A model generated the notes under the pieces. That model had not been told where the DNA came from, searched no databases, and saw only the letters and a program-made list of their open reading frames with translations. Below are positions 15,082 to 27,544 of a stretch of 64,000 bases of DNA, piece by piece. Every line of letters starts with the position of its first letter. Position 1 is the stretch's first letter. This DNA is from Felis catus. Taxonomy: Eukaryota. Both the position numbers and the translations under genes were made by a program. Location: NCBI RefSeq assembly GCF_018350175.1, contig NC_058369.1, positions 22,136,001 to 22,200,000 of the forward strand. Reading direction: 5' to 3'.

Positions 15082-16730
15082 TAAGCAGTCAGATCCATGT
15101 TGCACACTCTGCTGGTGCCACGTGTGGGGCAGCTCTACATGTCCCCCCAGCTGCTCCCTGCAGCTTCTCTGCATGTGTGTGGACTCTGACGTGCCTTCTG
15201 TGTGTTGCTTTTGGATTGAACTGTGATTCTCTCTGCCTGTATCTTGTCTGTGAGGTTCTGTGTTTCTGATGCTTGCCAAACATTATTAATTTAATGAAAA
15301 CAGTTCCCTGAAGCCAGGTGCATTAGTACGTCCATGTGCAGACGTGGATTGCAAGTGAGTAAAAGGAGTCCCAGCCTTGGTCTCCCCCAGGAAAGGCCCT
15401 TTGTCTTTCGTGGCTTTATTCCCACTTAGTACATAACCTGGCATTTTTGAGTCACCCATGGTGTGGCTTGAATATTTCCAGGGTGTTTCAGATTTTATTG
15501 AGTAGGAGGAATAAACCTAGATTCGCACATAAACCCTAAACAATTTCAAAAATCTTACATCCTTCAAGTCATTTATTTGCTTGGTTGTCTGCTACTGTCA
15601 CTATGAGAACTATCCCTCTAATTCATGATTGGTCTTAACTTGTGGAATCTTTAATGCAGAGGAATGACCAGCTTTTACAAATACACTTCCTATGGGGCTT
15701 ATAGTCCCTACCACTCGGTCACCATTTTTGAAATTTCAGTTTGCTGCCCCCACTTAATGGATGACTTCCCATGGAGAGGAGTCTCTGTAGAGAGTGGAGG
15801 CTGGCTCTGGAAGGGGATCCTGGTATTCCTGGGCTCTGCCCTGCCCATACTTGGAGATGCTGTCCGAAGCCCCTCGGGTGACTCTGTATCCTCCCCACCC
15901 GCAGACACCCAGAAAGGGGAACTGCTGCTGGGGGCCGGGGGTGCCCATCTCCCTCCGGAAGAGCCTTTGTTACCCACTGCACTCACACATCCTCAGGAAA
16001 TACTTGAGGTGGTACACTTGATCCCACGTGAGTGTATCCTCACCTGTTTTATCTTCTTCTTCCCAAGCCTGTGTCTCGGGTGGGGGGCGGGGGGTGTGAT
16101 GCCTTTGTGGAATGCTGAGTCCCTGAGGAATCCTGTGTTGCATCTCTCTGAACACTGCCTTTTCCAGAGCAGGGCTCACAGCTTGTCCTTCACCTCTGCT
16201 TCCTTTCCTCATCTACCCTCTAAACTGCCCTGCCTGTCTTCAGGGGATAATATATGTGGTCAGTTTTACACCATGGATGCACACTGTGGCAGGAGGACCC
16301 CCTCAAGAGACGGCCCGGTGAGGGGAGTGGGGACTGGGTCGGGTTGAGGGTATGACAGCATCATCCACTCCCAGCAAAGCTTCCTTCTGTCTACCGATGA
16401 ATGGCCCTGTAAGCCCTTGTTTTAAAGTTTGAACACTTTAAAAGTGCTTTCATCCTGATGAGTCTCTGTGGACTCAGGTTAGCATTGGGCTTAGAAGGGT
16501 GGAATTTATCCCTGGAGAAACAGCACAGCTCTGGTTTTGCGTCAGGAACAGTCCACACAGGGTTAACAGCAACTCCGTGCTGCAGTCCTTGGCGCCCCAC
16601 GTCTCCCAAGTTCAACCAAACTGACTGAGGCCATGGAAACGACTAATTTTAACAGTGCCAGTGACATGCCTTATCTCTGAGCTTCCCGGAGCAGGAGCCA
16701 TCGCCCAGCTGTGATGAAGCAGCTCAAAAC

Positions 16731-16759
16731 GGGGCGGGGGGGGGGGGGGGGCGGGGAGG
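16731..16759 (+). repeat. Poly-G tract (G16 core)
   Basis: ggggc followed by 16 G at 16736-16751, then cggggagg. Confidence 0.9.
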
Positions 16760-18190
16760 AAAAGATGAGAGGAGGGGCTCCTTATTATAATGGTGGGCAT
16801 TAAATGTTGACCCCTATGGAGGATAAAAACAGTACATGCTCATGGAACAACCAGGTTACTGGGATATATTCTAGGGAAAACAATAAGTAATTTTAAAACA
16901 TTTTTGTATCGAAGCAAAACTACATCCCTTCTGAAGGAGAATGCAATGGCATGTGAATTTTTAAAATCCAAGACTGCCCAGTGATTTCCACAGTCCCTTC
17001 CTGCTGTTCCCCAGCTCCTAAGGGCCACACGCTGAGGGGTCTCCAGCATGAGGCCACTCTGGAAGGTAGTGTGGAGAGGTACTCGGTGTAAAGTGAGAAC
17101 CGAGGCTGCAGGGCAGAGCCTTTAGCCATGCTCGCGAGTTTGCCTAGCATTTCCTGCTGAGCCAGAGGGTAGGCAAGCCAGGTGTCTAAGACACAGAGGC
17201 TCTGGGCTCAGGCTTCCGTTGTCTGGTGGGCAGACTGTCGTCAAGCAGCGCAGGATGGCAGAGCTGGAGCAGGGGTGTAGACCAAGGGGCTGTGAAGACT
17301 GCATGTCTGTGAACTGGCTCTTGAAAGGCGATAAGGCGTCTGCAGGGGAAGACCGATGATGACGGACATGCTCCCACCTCCCCAACAATTCCCCACTCCT
17401 CTGCCCAGCGACTCCCCCTTGACTGGTCCCCAAAGCAACAAAATCAAAAATCAAAAAATCAAAAAATCAAAAGAAGTCATTCGTATGCATTTTCTTGTGA
17501 AATTTTTTAAAATTTGCTTCAACCTTAGAGTTCTTCACAATTTTTTTTTTTTTTTTAGGAAACACTAATGGGATCACAAAACCAAAGGGATGTAAATATT
17601 AAAAGCAAGATGACTTCCATTGCATAGCCCCTTAGGGACCACCAGACCAGCACACATGTAATCCTTAAAGCACTGAATTAAAAGCCTCCCGTTTTAGAAA
17701 CTTAAGACCATGCTATTGCCTTCTGGTGAAGGATCACTAAATGATGCTTGTGTGTCTTTAAGTCTGTTAACTACTTGGAAATACTTGTTTCTGCTACTTG
17801 GCTTTTTCTTTTTTCATGTGGCCATGCCATCCTATTGTGTTCGTGAACTGATTTTAATCTGCACACCCGATCTGGTGTTGGTACATTTGTAAAGCATTCT
17901 AAGCTTTGGAAAAATCTTTGGTTTTACAACAGCTCCTTTTCTCAAGGTGAGTATGAAGTTTATGAACTGTACACCCTGTGTAACCAAGCGTGAACACAGA
18001 TGAAGACTTTGCTCTCTGATGATAGTGTTCTATGGGGGGTTGGGGCAGGGGAGCCAGGAATGTCTCTAGCTCATGTTGCAATTTTGCATGAAGTTGTCAC
18101 TGCAGAGATGGTCCATTATGACCAGGGATTGGAAAGAATGTCTCATGTAAGTCTATAAGTCAGGCAGATTATGTCTCTTCTCATGATGGT

Positions 18191-18218
18191 TTTGTTTGTT
18201 TGTTTGTTTGTTTGTTTT
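18191..18218. repeat. (TTTG)6 microsatellite
   Basis: Read directly from the sequence. Confidence 0.9.
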
Positions 18219-18964
18219 AGAAGATTGGTGATTTTTTTTTTTACTTTTAAAATTGTTCATTTAACTTCTTGTCCTTTTTGAGGTTTTTGTCAGTAAACAG
18301 GCAAAATAAGAGGACTGTTGGTGTTCCAGTGCTTTGTTTCTTTAGAATCCCTGCCAGATTCTCAGGGGGAAGAATGGTGGTCCCGGGCTGTGGGTTCACC
18401 TCTTCCCCTGCAAGACCCACCTGATGCCAGGGATACCTGTGGTACGGCCTCCAAGGTGTGGTTCAGGCCCCCAAGAACAGATTGGTAGATGAGAAGACCT
18501 GGGTTCTGGTCCTGCCATTGTCACACACCAACTCTGGGGACTTTACTTGTAATCCTGAGCTTCCATCTCTTCGTGCCTCAAATACGGATGGTCCCATCCT
18601 GCAGCTTTCCCTATAGGGTGACTGGTTTTATATCTGGTAATGAATGTGGAAGTTAAGGATTTTACTCATTGAATGTGTCTTCATCCTAAATCCATGGACC
18701 TAAATCCTAGTCCCCTTTCTGGGTGAAGCGGGAATAGACACAGGGGCTCTTTGGAAATTAAAGTGTACCATTTTCTGGATTTCCCATAAAGTGACCAAGA
18801 GAAATGAGGTTTGTATACACATTAATTCTGTATTCTGCGCCCCCTCAAACGGAAACCTTGGAGGTTCTTTGTCAGCTAATTTTGCAGTTCCAAATGGTTG
18901 TGACTCAAGTTCTCTCTGACAGTGATTTTTTTTTTCACAAATTTGGGGGCATGGTATTTCTGTA

Positions 18965-19160
18965 GCATCGTAGTTAATCAGACTGGCTTTAGAGTTAGAT
19001 AGCCAAGACTTGATTCTTTGCTCTACCTTTTACCAACTGTGAGATTTGGGGCAAATTACTTATCTATTTGAGCCTCACTTTCCTGGTCTGTGCAATGGAG
19101 TTAATAATACCAACCACATTTTGTTGCTCGAGGATTCAGTGAGCTAGAGCGTAGCATACT
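18965..19160 (+). mobile_element. MIR fragment
   Basis: agactggctttagagttaga...ctgtgagatttggggcaaattactt...gagcctcactttcctggtctgtgcaatggagttaataatac. Confidence 0.65.
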
Positions 19161-19777
19161 TGCTCTTTGTTACTGTGGTGTCTTGAGTGAGAGTATATAA
19201 AATGTGATTTGATGCAAGAAAAATCTAATCAACCCAGCCCTTTTAAACTAATAATAATTGACCAAGATTGGCTTGCTTCAGTGGAAAGTCAAAGTTCTAG
19301 AATATTTTTAAGTGTTTTATTGCATACACACGTGTATATATAATGACATAAGCCAGTGATTACTGAAGGATATTATTACATAAACCACCTCCTGGGTCTG
19401 CTTTAAGGAACAGATTAAAATCATTTTTAACTCGTCTATGAATTCAAAGCTTTGGTTTTGTCAACATCTTAGGGAAAATATTTGAAACACTTTCTTAAAC
19501 AGGCTTTGTCTGTTAGAATATTCTTTGTAAATTAGGTTTTGTGACCTAAGATTGAATGTAAACCCAGCCCACATCTGTACATTCAAAGTCCTTTATCTCT
19601 AAATTAATCTGTGTTCTTTGTGTCCCAATAAGTTTCAGTTTACCAGATCACAGGTATCTTTTTAAATCACTCATCCAATTTTATATTACTAGAGGCCTGT
19701 TTATCTTAACTTCAGAAGTTTTGAGGGAATATGGATGAGGATGAGGTGAAACATTGTAGAAAAGCAACGGCCATTTT

Positions 19778-19886
19778 CTTTCTTATAAATTAAATATAAT
19801 ATATTGTCAAATTGGTTTCCATACAACACCCAGTGCTCATCCCAATAGGTGCCCTCTTCACTGCCCATCACCCACTTTCCCCTCTC
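19778..19886 (-). mobile_element. Very short 5'-truncated felid L1 3' end
   Basis: attgtcaaattggtttccatacaacacccagtgctcatccc...cccatcacccactttcccctct is the reverse complement of a felid L1 3' UTR terminus. Confidence 0.85.
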
Positions 19887-19892
19887 CGTTTT

Positions 19893-20606
19893 CTTTTTTT
19901 TTTTTTAAATATATGAAATTTATTGTCAAATTGGTTTCCATACAACACCCAGTGCTCATCCCAACAGGTGCCCTCCTCAATATCCATCACCCACCCTCCC
20001 CTCCCTCCCACCCCTCATCAGCCCTCAGTTAGTTCTCAGGTTTTTTTTTAAATTTTTTTTAATGTTTATTTATTTTTGAGACAGAGAGAGACACAACATG
20101 AATGGGGAAGGGGCAGAGAGAGAGGGAGACAAAGAATCGGAAGCAGGCTCCAGGCTCTGAGCCATCACCCCAGAGCCTGACGCGGGGCTCGAACTCGCAG
20201 ACCGTGAGATCGTGACCTGAGCTGAAGTCGAACGCCCAACCGACTGAGCCACCCAGGCGCCCCTGTTCTCAGTTTTTAAGAGTCTCTTATGCTTTGGCTC
20301 TCTCCCACTCTAACCTCTTTTTTTTTTTTTCCTTCCCCTCCCCCATGGTCTTCTGTTAAGTTTCTCAGGATCCACAGACGAGTGAACACATATGGTATCT
20401 GTCTTTCTCTGTATGGCTTATTTCACTTAGCATAACACTCTCCAGTTCCATCCACGTTGCAACAAAGGGCCATATTTCATTCTTTCTCATTGCCACGTAG
20501 TACTCCATTGTGTATATAAACCACAATTTCTTTATCCATTCACCAGTTGATGGACATTTAGGCTCTTTCCATAATTTGGCTATTGTTGAGAGTGCTGCTA
20601 TAAACA
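19893..20606 (-). mobile_element. 5'-truncated felid L1 (ORF2 C-terminus plus 3' UTR), interrupted by a SINE
   Basis: ORF 20365..20607(-) reads MFIAALSTIAKLWKEPKCPS...IYTMEYY, the L1 ORF2 C-terminus. TSD tttcccctctcc[g/a]tttt at 19876-19892 and 20607-20623. Confidence 0.93.
20045..20263 (-). mobile_element. Felid CAN-SINE inserted in an L1 3' UTR
   Basis: Full SINE body ending cacccaggcgcccc; imperfect TSD agttctcaggtttt (20031-20044) and tgttctcagttttt (20264-20277). Confidence 0.93.
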
Positions 20607-23219
20607 TTTCCCCTCTCCATTTTTAAACCAATAGATCATTCTGAGTTTTACCATTGAGGTCTTTCCATCCCATTCTAGTTCCATCGAATCGCAGGGTCTA
20701 CACAAAGACTCAGGCATGGCTATTTTACTAAGAAATAGCAGTATAAAGAGAATGGAGAGGGAGAGGTAGTGGTAGTGGTGAAGTATGAACTGTGTTATAT
20801 CAAGATTTTACGGAATAGGATCAGGTTTGGGGCACCATCATTTGCACCCTAGTCCATTTGAATTCATACTGTCATGAGCCATGGTAGGTCAGAGATTGCC
20901 TCTGATTTCCTCCCCTTGAATGTTGGCTCAGGAGACAAAACATAGCAGGGAGATGATAGTTGTATCACTTGTGAATATTTTCTAAGTGGAGACATAACCT
21001 CTTGGAATAGGCATAAATATATAAATTATTCATGACTGGGATTAGATTTTGCTCTCATTCAACACTTCACCAGCATCTGCTGATTGAAAATGAACACTAG
21101 AATTTCTTCTATACATACTCCTCTGGTATACTCAGAAGAGTAGTTGGGTTGCTTATAGCCTTGAAGGGGTGTTGTTAGGTAATGGGATAACTGGGTTGCC
21201 AGTATGATTGGGTGCCACTATATCACAGACCCAAGTTGTACTGAGTTAAAGGATTAATTTCATATCTTGACTGGCAGACTGAGAAGGCACATAGAAGTCT
21301 AATCTAGAAATGAAAAAGAGGGTACAGGGTTTTCGGTAGATCATACGATTTAAAAAAAAATAGGTTTTTCTTTGTGTAATTAGTGATGATGAGGATCACA
21401 CTGCCAGAACTCCAGACAGAGGCATCTTTAATGATCACTTGTAGCAAAATAATGCTCACATAATTTAGCTGGGTTTGTCTTTGGTTTGAGTAGGCTAATA
21501 TGTGAAAGATGTGTCCACACAGTTGGAGGATGTTTCTTTTCTTGAACATGGAAGTAACCTGAGTGAGGTCAAAGGTTGAGGGAAAGATCCATGGCTCTTT
21601 AGTAACTTCACCTGGTTTGGCTTTGGTAGAACAAGGGATTAAACCCCACTTTGGCTTTGAATGGAAGAATGCTAAATTTCCTTTTACTGATGAAGAACCA
21701 AGCTCAACATTAATATATACGTTTCAACACTGAACTTTCTTGTTGCAGAGTTAAAAGGCTGTCGGGGGTAGCTGGCAGCAGCATCCTGGTGCTGTTGGTA
21801 CCATGGTACCTGAAGTGCACAGGCTGGTAGCCACACCTGACATTAACAAGTGAGTGGTAACCTCTCTGGCGCTGGCTTGCAGCTACTGTTTCCATAGAAA
21901 TGGCTGTTGGGATCGGTGGAAACGAGGTAAGTGAAAGTTTTCGCTGATCCTTGTTTCCATCAAGCTGACGTCTGTTTCCCTGGCAACAGCGGTGGACAGC
22001 AGCCAGGCACTAGCAACAGATTCAGTAGAGCTCTCTCGCTTGTCAGCTGTGGCTATCATCTGTTCCTGAGTTCCTTTTTTCATAAGGCATAGCAAAGGCC
22101 TCTGAGGACCAGGGGGGCACCTCTGGCCATGTGTGCCCTCCTGGGCACCCATTTTGCCGTTGGAGAGCTCTGTGTGAAGCAGCAGCTGTTCCCGCCGCTG
22201 TCTTCCCTCCACCACCCTCTGGGTGGTTGATGTACAGCCCAGGAGAAGGGGAGATGTAGTTGCAGGCATCGGTGTTGCAGGGCAGGGCTATTTAGTCTGT
22301 TGATTCCAAGTCCTGGGGGGAGAGAATTCATTACAGTACTTTCGTACACAGACCCAGCTCTTCATAAACTTGCTGGTAACTTAATGGTCAAAATTAAAGC
22401 CATAATTTTCCTGTGCTCCCCTTTCGATTGGAGGCATTAATAATTGCTATCCCTTTTACAATGAGAAGGATGTTTATGAATTTAATCATTTGACTTCTTG
22501 GGAGAAACATATTGATGATTGCTCCTAAGAAGCTACCGTCAACCTTATGTCTTTTTTTTTTTTTCTTTTCATTCCGTGTCATATTCTTGGGCAGGCTGGT
22601 AAAACTGCTTACAGAGATCAAGTGTTGGTAGAGCTGGGCAGCTCAGCATGCAAAGACCAGTATGTTCATAGTACAGGGAGCTCTTCTTTATTAAAGTTCA
22701 GCTGTTGTTCCTTTCTTGGAGTTTCATTTTAATATTTCAGCAGATGTATCCTGCCTCACGAGTCCGCTTTCCCAGGTCCCACAAAGTGGAGGGGAGCAGT
22801 GATTATTGCCCTGGCGTGGGAGATGAGAGCACGTGGGTAGAGGGATGGAGCGAGTTATTGAGCAGTGTCTGGTTTTAAACCCTTAAAGGTGTCATTAAAA
22901 AGTTTTCCCTCTGAAACAAAACAAGACTGATATTCAGAGCTGTATCTCTGAGAATCAAATGAAGATATGGGTCCACAGTGTTATAAGAATTTAGACTGTC
23001 TAGAAGAGCACAGAAAAATTGTGGGTTTCCTGTCTCTGGAGGGCTTTCTGAATGACTGTGTGCCTCACCAGTCTGGACTAGGAAAATATGCCTGGAGGCA
23101 GTATTGAGGGCTGACCCTGTACTGCTTGGTTGGGTTCAACATAACAGACTAATAAGAAGCAGAAAATCCTGCTAGATACTTTTCTTCTCTTTCTGAGATT
23201 TGTTAAGAAAAAAAAATGA

Positions 23220-24040
23220 CTTATTTAATGCATACCTCTGGTAGGAGATACATTTGCCAAGTACCTACTAGGCACTGGGTTTCTAACAATGAGACAAAGC
23301 AGAGTTTTTGTCTTTATGAAGCTTCTTTTATCTAATGGAGGAGACAAAGATTATAGTTATAAACTTCTGTAAATTCTTTGAAAGAAAGGTAGATAGTGCT
23401 GTGAGTATTGAAAGGGCAGAGCTGACATCTAGGGGCTGAGGCAGAGAAGAATGAATGAGTCGCCATCATATCCAGGCAAGATGGGGAAGGAGGCTGAGGG
23501 AGGGCATTCCAGACAAAGGAAAAGTTATGCAAGGCCCTGCAGTAGGAAGGAGCAGAGGATGTTGGAGTAACTGAGCAAACCAGGGTGGCAGGCACCCAGG
23601 GAACAGGGAGAGGAGGGTGGAAAAAAGAAGACTGATCAGCAAGACCCAGATCAGTAAATGTCGTTCTAGGTCATGTCACAGATTTTGGTCATTAGCTGAA
23701 GGGTAAAGGAACCATTGATGAATTTTAAGCAGGATGTATGTGACTATATGGGTTTTATGAAAATTATTCTGTGTTATGATGTCTTCACCTTACCTTCAAA
23801 TGTGTCAAAAAAATAAGATGACTTTGTGAATGGGTAGAAGGATGATAAAGTGATAGGCGATAGGTGATAGAGAAAATGTAGGAAATGTTAATTGTGAAAT
23901 TTAGGTGGTAGGCATACGGATGTTCCCTGCATAATTCTTTCTATTTCTATGAAAATTTGAAAATTTTTGTGACAAAATGGAAAAATTTGCATAGAGAAAT
24001 CACTCTGGCTGCCACAGTATGAATGGATATGAGGAGACCA
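23220..24040 (-). mobile_element. L2 fragment with an embedded old L1 3' piece at about 23790-23990
   Basis: L2-like phrases gagggcattccagacaaagg...gcaaggccctgcagtagga, ggaaaccattgatgaattttaagcagg and atcactctggctgc. Confidence 0.55.
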
Positions 24041-26933
24041 ATTTCAGACTGTTAAAATCTGCTTCCAGCCACAACATAGTAACAGTTCCAGAGTGGACCT
24101 TTTACCATAAACGGCTGTAAAACTGGCCAAGATATATGAAGCAGTTTTTTTCCCCCAGACAATAGAAATAGGCAGCACAGGCTTAGGATCCCTAAGAGAA
24201 GGGAAACACATGAAGTAAAGCCCCACAATTGTCCTGGCCTTCTGCCTGGAGACACTTTCAGAATTGTGGCACGGAGAGGCAGAGCCCAGCAGAGAACAGC
24301 AGTCTATTTGCTAAAGAGGCAAAGAGCAGAGACAGCTGGAGTTTTCAGAGCAGAGTACTGGAGAGGGGTGCAGAGAAGGGGCTCCAGAAATCTAACCAGG
24401 GATTCTCTTAAATCCTTGATTATAAACTAAGCTGCTGTGTGCCAGGCGAGACTATCGAGGCATGGTGGAGAACAGCTGTTTAGAAAGCTGTGTGTGAGCT
24501 GCTGGAAACCTCCGATGCTGGGAAACAGAGTTCTGACCAGTTGGACGGGACTGACTTTGATGAATACATTGGACATTCAGTTGAGACTTCAGATAAGCTA
24601 GGCCTTGAAAGGGGGGCTACTTAACTACTACAGTAAGAGCTGCTCTAGACCTGCCTTAACAGAGCTTAAAAACAAGCCTCAAAAGGTTCAGGTTAAGTGG
24701 CCAATTAATTAAATGCCTGCCAAAACAAAAGTCAACACCTATTACAGGAAGACACCAAAATCCAGATGTTTTCCCAAATGTTTCTCCACATCATTAACGA
24801 TCACAGGATATGAAAAGATGCAGGAAAACATCCATAATCAAGGGGGGCGGGGAGTCAGTGGAAACAAATTGAGAGATGACAGCAGTGCTGCAGTTAGGAG
24901 TCAAAGACTTTGAAATTGCTACTATAAACCTGTGTAAAGAATGGAAGGAAAGGATGGATATATTAAAGAAACAGATGGCAAATCTTAGCAGAGAAATCGA
25001 GGCAATACAATATCTGGAGTAAATAGCAGATGGAACACTGGAAGAGAAAAAAGATCAATGAAGTCTTAGGACAATAATAATCTGATATATGTGGAACTTG
25101 AGTCCCAGAAGTAAAGGAGAGATTGGAGAGGAAAACAATTTTTAAAGAAACAATGGCTGAAATGTTGCAATTTTTTTTGAAAACTATAAATTCGAAGTCC
25201 AGGATGCTTTATTAACCCTAGGCAGTAGAAACATGAGGAGAAGCACATCTAGACACATCAAATTCAAAATGCTGAGAATAAAAACTAGAGTATTTGAAAA
25301 GAAGCCAGAAAGGAAAGGCAATTATATGCAGGGGGATAGTAAGATCATACACTGATTTATTTTCAAAATTATGTAAGCCATAGAACAATGGAATGGCATC
25401 TTGCAAGAGCTGAAAGAAAAAAAAAAACCAGAATTCTGTATTCAGCAAAACATTCTTCAAAAAGGTTAAGATGAATTAAAGAAATCTTCAGAGAGGACTG
25501 GTCACTAGCAAATCTGTACTACAGGAAGTGTTAAAGGAAGTTCCTCAGGCTAAAGAAAATAATACCAGATTAAAAATATATATACATAAAAAAAAGGAAT
25601 ACCAAAAATGGTAAACATGAATAGAGAATTTTCCTCATTTCTAAATTTCTTTAAAAGATGATGAAAATAATAACAGTTCTATGGGGACTATAATTGTAAA
25701 AAAAAAAAAAAACAAAACCCTATATGACAACAATAGCACAAAAGATAGAATTAAATGGAACTTTACTATTGTAATGTTCTTACATTATATGTGAAGCAAT
25801 ATACTATAAATTCATGCTGGACTGTAGTAAGTTAAGGATGCATATGTGAATCTCTAGAGCAATGGTTTAAAAAATAAAGTGTTATCTTAAAAGCCAGAAG
25901 AAGAGATAAAATGGAATCATCAAAAGTAGTCATATTTAGGTATTCAAAATAAGGCAGGAAAGGAACAAAGAACACATGGGATGAACAAAAAACCAATAGC
26001 AAGATGGTAGACATAAATCCAGCCACATCAGTAATTGCATTGAATGCAAATGGACACATTTTAATTAAAAGACAAATTGTTAGACTGCATAAAAATGCAA
26101 GATGCTATAAATTTAAAGACACAGATTAAAAACAAAAAAAAATGTGGTAACTATATTAATACCACATAAAAGGAATGTCAATAAAAGGAGTAGTTCCAGA
26201 GATAGAGGTGTCTCATAAAGGGATCAATTCATCAAGAAGACATGATGATTCCAAATGTGTTGCCACCTAATAAGCTTTAAAATACATGAAGGAAAAGCTG
26301 TAAAAATTAAGTGGAGAAACTGATAAAACCACAAACATCGATGAAAGTTCTTATAATCCCCTTTTGATAATTGATAGAGCAAGGAGATCAAAAACACTAA
26401 AAATAGATAATATCTAAACACTATCAACCAAATTGAGATAATTGATAATTACAGAACACTATATCCGGTAACTACAGAATACACATTCTGTTCAAAAGCA
26501 CAGGGGACATTAACCAAGGTAGACCACATATGGGCAGTAAAAGTATCACTCAATCTCACAAGATTGAAATCTTAGAAGTGTGTTTTTTTCTAACAGCAAT
26601 AAATGTGAAGTAGAAGTCAATCACAAGCTGTCTAGACGGTTCTCCAAATATTTGGAAATTAAATAACTCTAACTTACAATTCAAGGAGAAGTATTACAAT
26701 AAATATTATAAAATATTTTAACCTAAATAACGAAAATACAACATGCCAGAATTTACCTTGTCCACCTAAAGGAGTGCTAGGAGGGAAAGTTATAGCTTCA
26801 AACCTTATATTACTAAAGAAGAAAGGTTTAAATTCAATGAGCTACATTATTATCTAGAAAAAGAAGAGCAAAAATTTGTCCAACTTAAGTGGAAAATAAA
26901 TAATAACAGAAGTCAATAAAATAGGAAACACAA

Positions 26934-27306
26934 TACACAATGGAATACTACTTGGCAATGAGAAAGAATGAAATATGGCCTTTTGTAGCCATGGAACTGG
27001 AGAGTGTTATGCTAAGTGAAATAAGTCATACAGAGAAAGACAGATACCATATGTTTTCACTCTTATGTGGATCCTAAGAAACTTAAAAGAAGACCATGGG
27101 GGAGAGGAAGGGAAAAACAAAAAAAGAGAGGGAGGGAGCCAAATCACAAGAGACTCTTAAAAACTGAGAATAAACTGAGGGTTCATGGGGGGGTGGGAGG
27201 GAGGGGAAAGTGGGTGGTGGGCATTGAGGAGGGCACCTGTTGGGATGAGCACTGGGTGTTGTATGGAAACCATTTGACAATAAATTTCATATTAAAACAT
27301 TAATTT
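26934..27306 (+). mobile_element. Younger felid L1 3' fragment inserted in the ancient L1
   Basis: tacacaatggaatactacttggcaatgagaaagaatgaaat...gagcactgggtgttgtatggaaaccatttgacaataaa; same family as the element at 19893-20606. Confidence 0.9.
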
Positions 27307-27321
27307 AAAAAAACAAAGACA

Positions 27322-27544
27322 GGGGCGCCTGGGTGGCTCAGTCGGTTAAGCATCCGACTTCGGCTCAGGTCATGATCGCGTGGTTTGTGAGTTCGAGCCC
27401 CGCGTCGGGCTCTGTGCTGACGGCTCGGAGCCTGGAGCCTGCTTCCGATTCTGTGTCTCCCTCTCTCTCTTCCCCTCCCCTGCTCACACTCTGTCTCTCT
27501 CTCTCTCCTTCAAAAATAAACAAACATTAAAAAAAAATTAAAAA
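27322..27544 (+). mobile_element. Young felid CAN-SINE with intact Pol III A and B boxes
   Basis: Head ggggcgcctgggtggctcagtcggttaag; A box tggctcagtcgg at 27334-27345; B box gttcgagcc at 27391-27399; (CT)n tract and poly-A. TSD aaaaaaacaaagaca at 27307-27321 and 27545-27559. Confidence 0.95.

Noticed and set aside
15664..16347. 227-aa ORF, the longest in the track
   Set aside because: Intronic, no recognisable domain, and overlapped by several equally meaningless ORFs; consistent with chance in GC-richer sequence.
27322..27400. tRNA-like sequence with A and B boxes
   Set aside because: It is the tRNA-derived head of a CAN-SINE, followed by (CT)n, poly-A and a TSD, not a tRNA gene.
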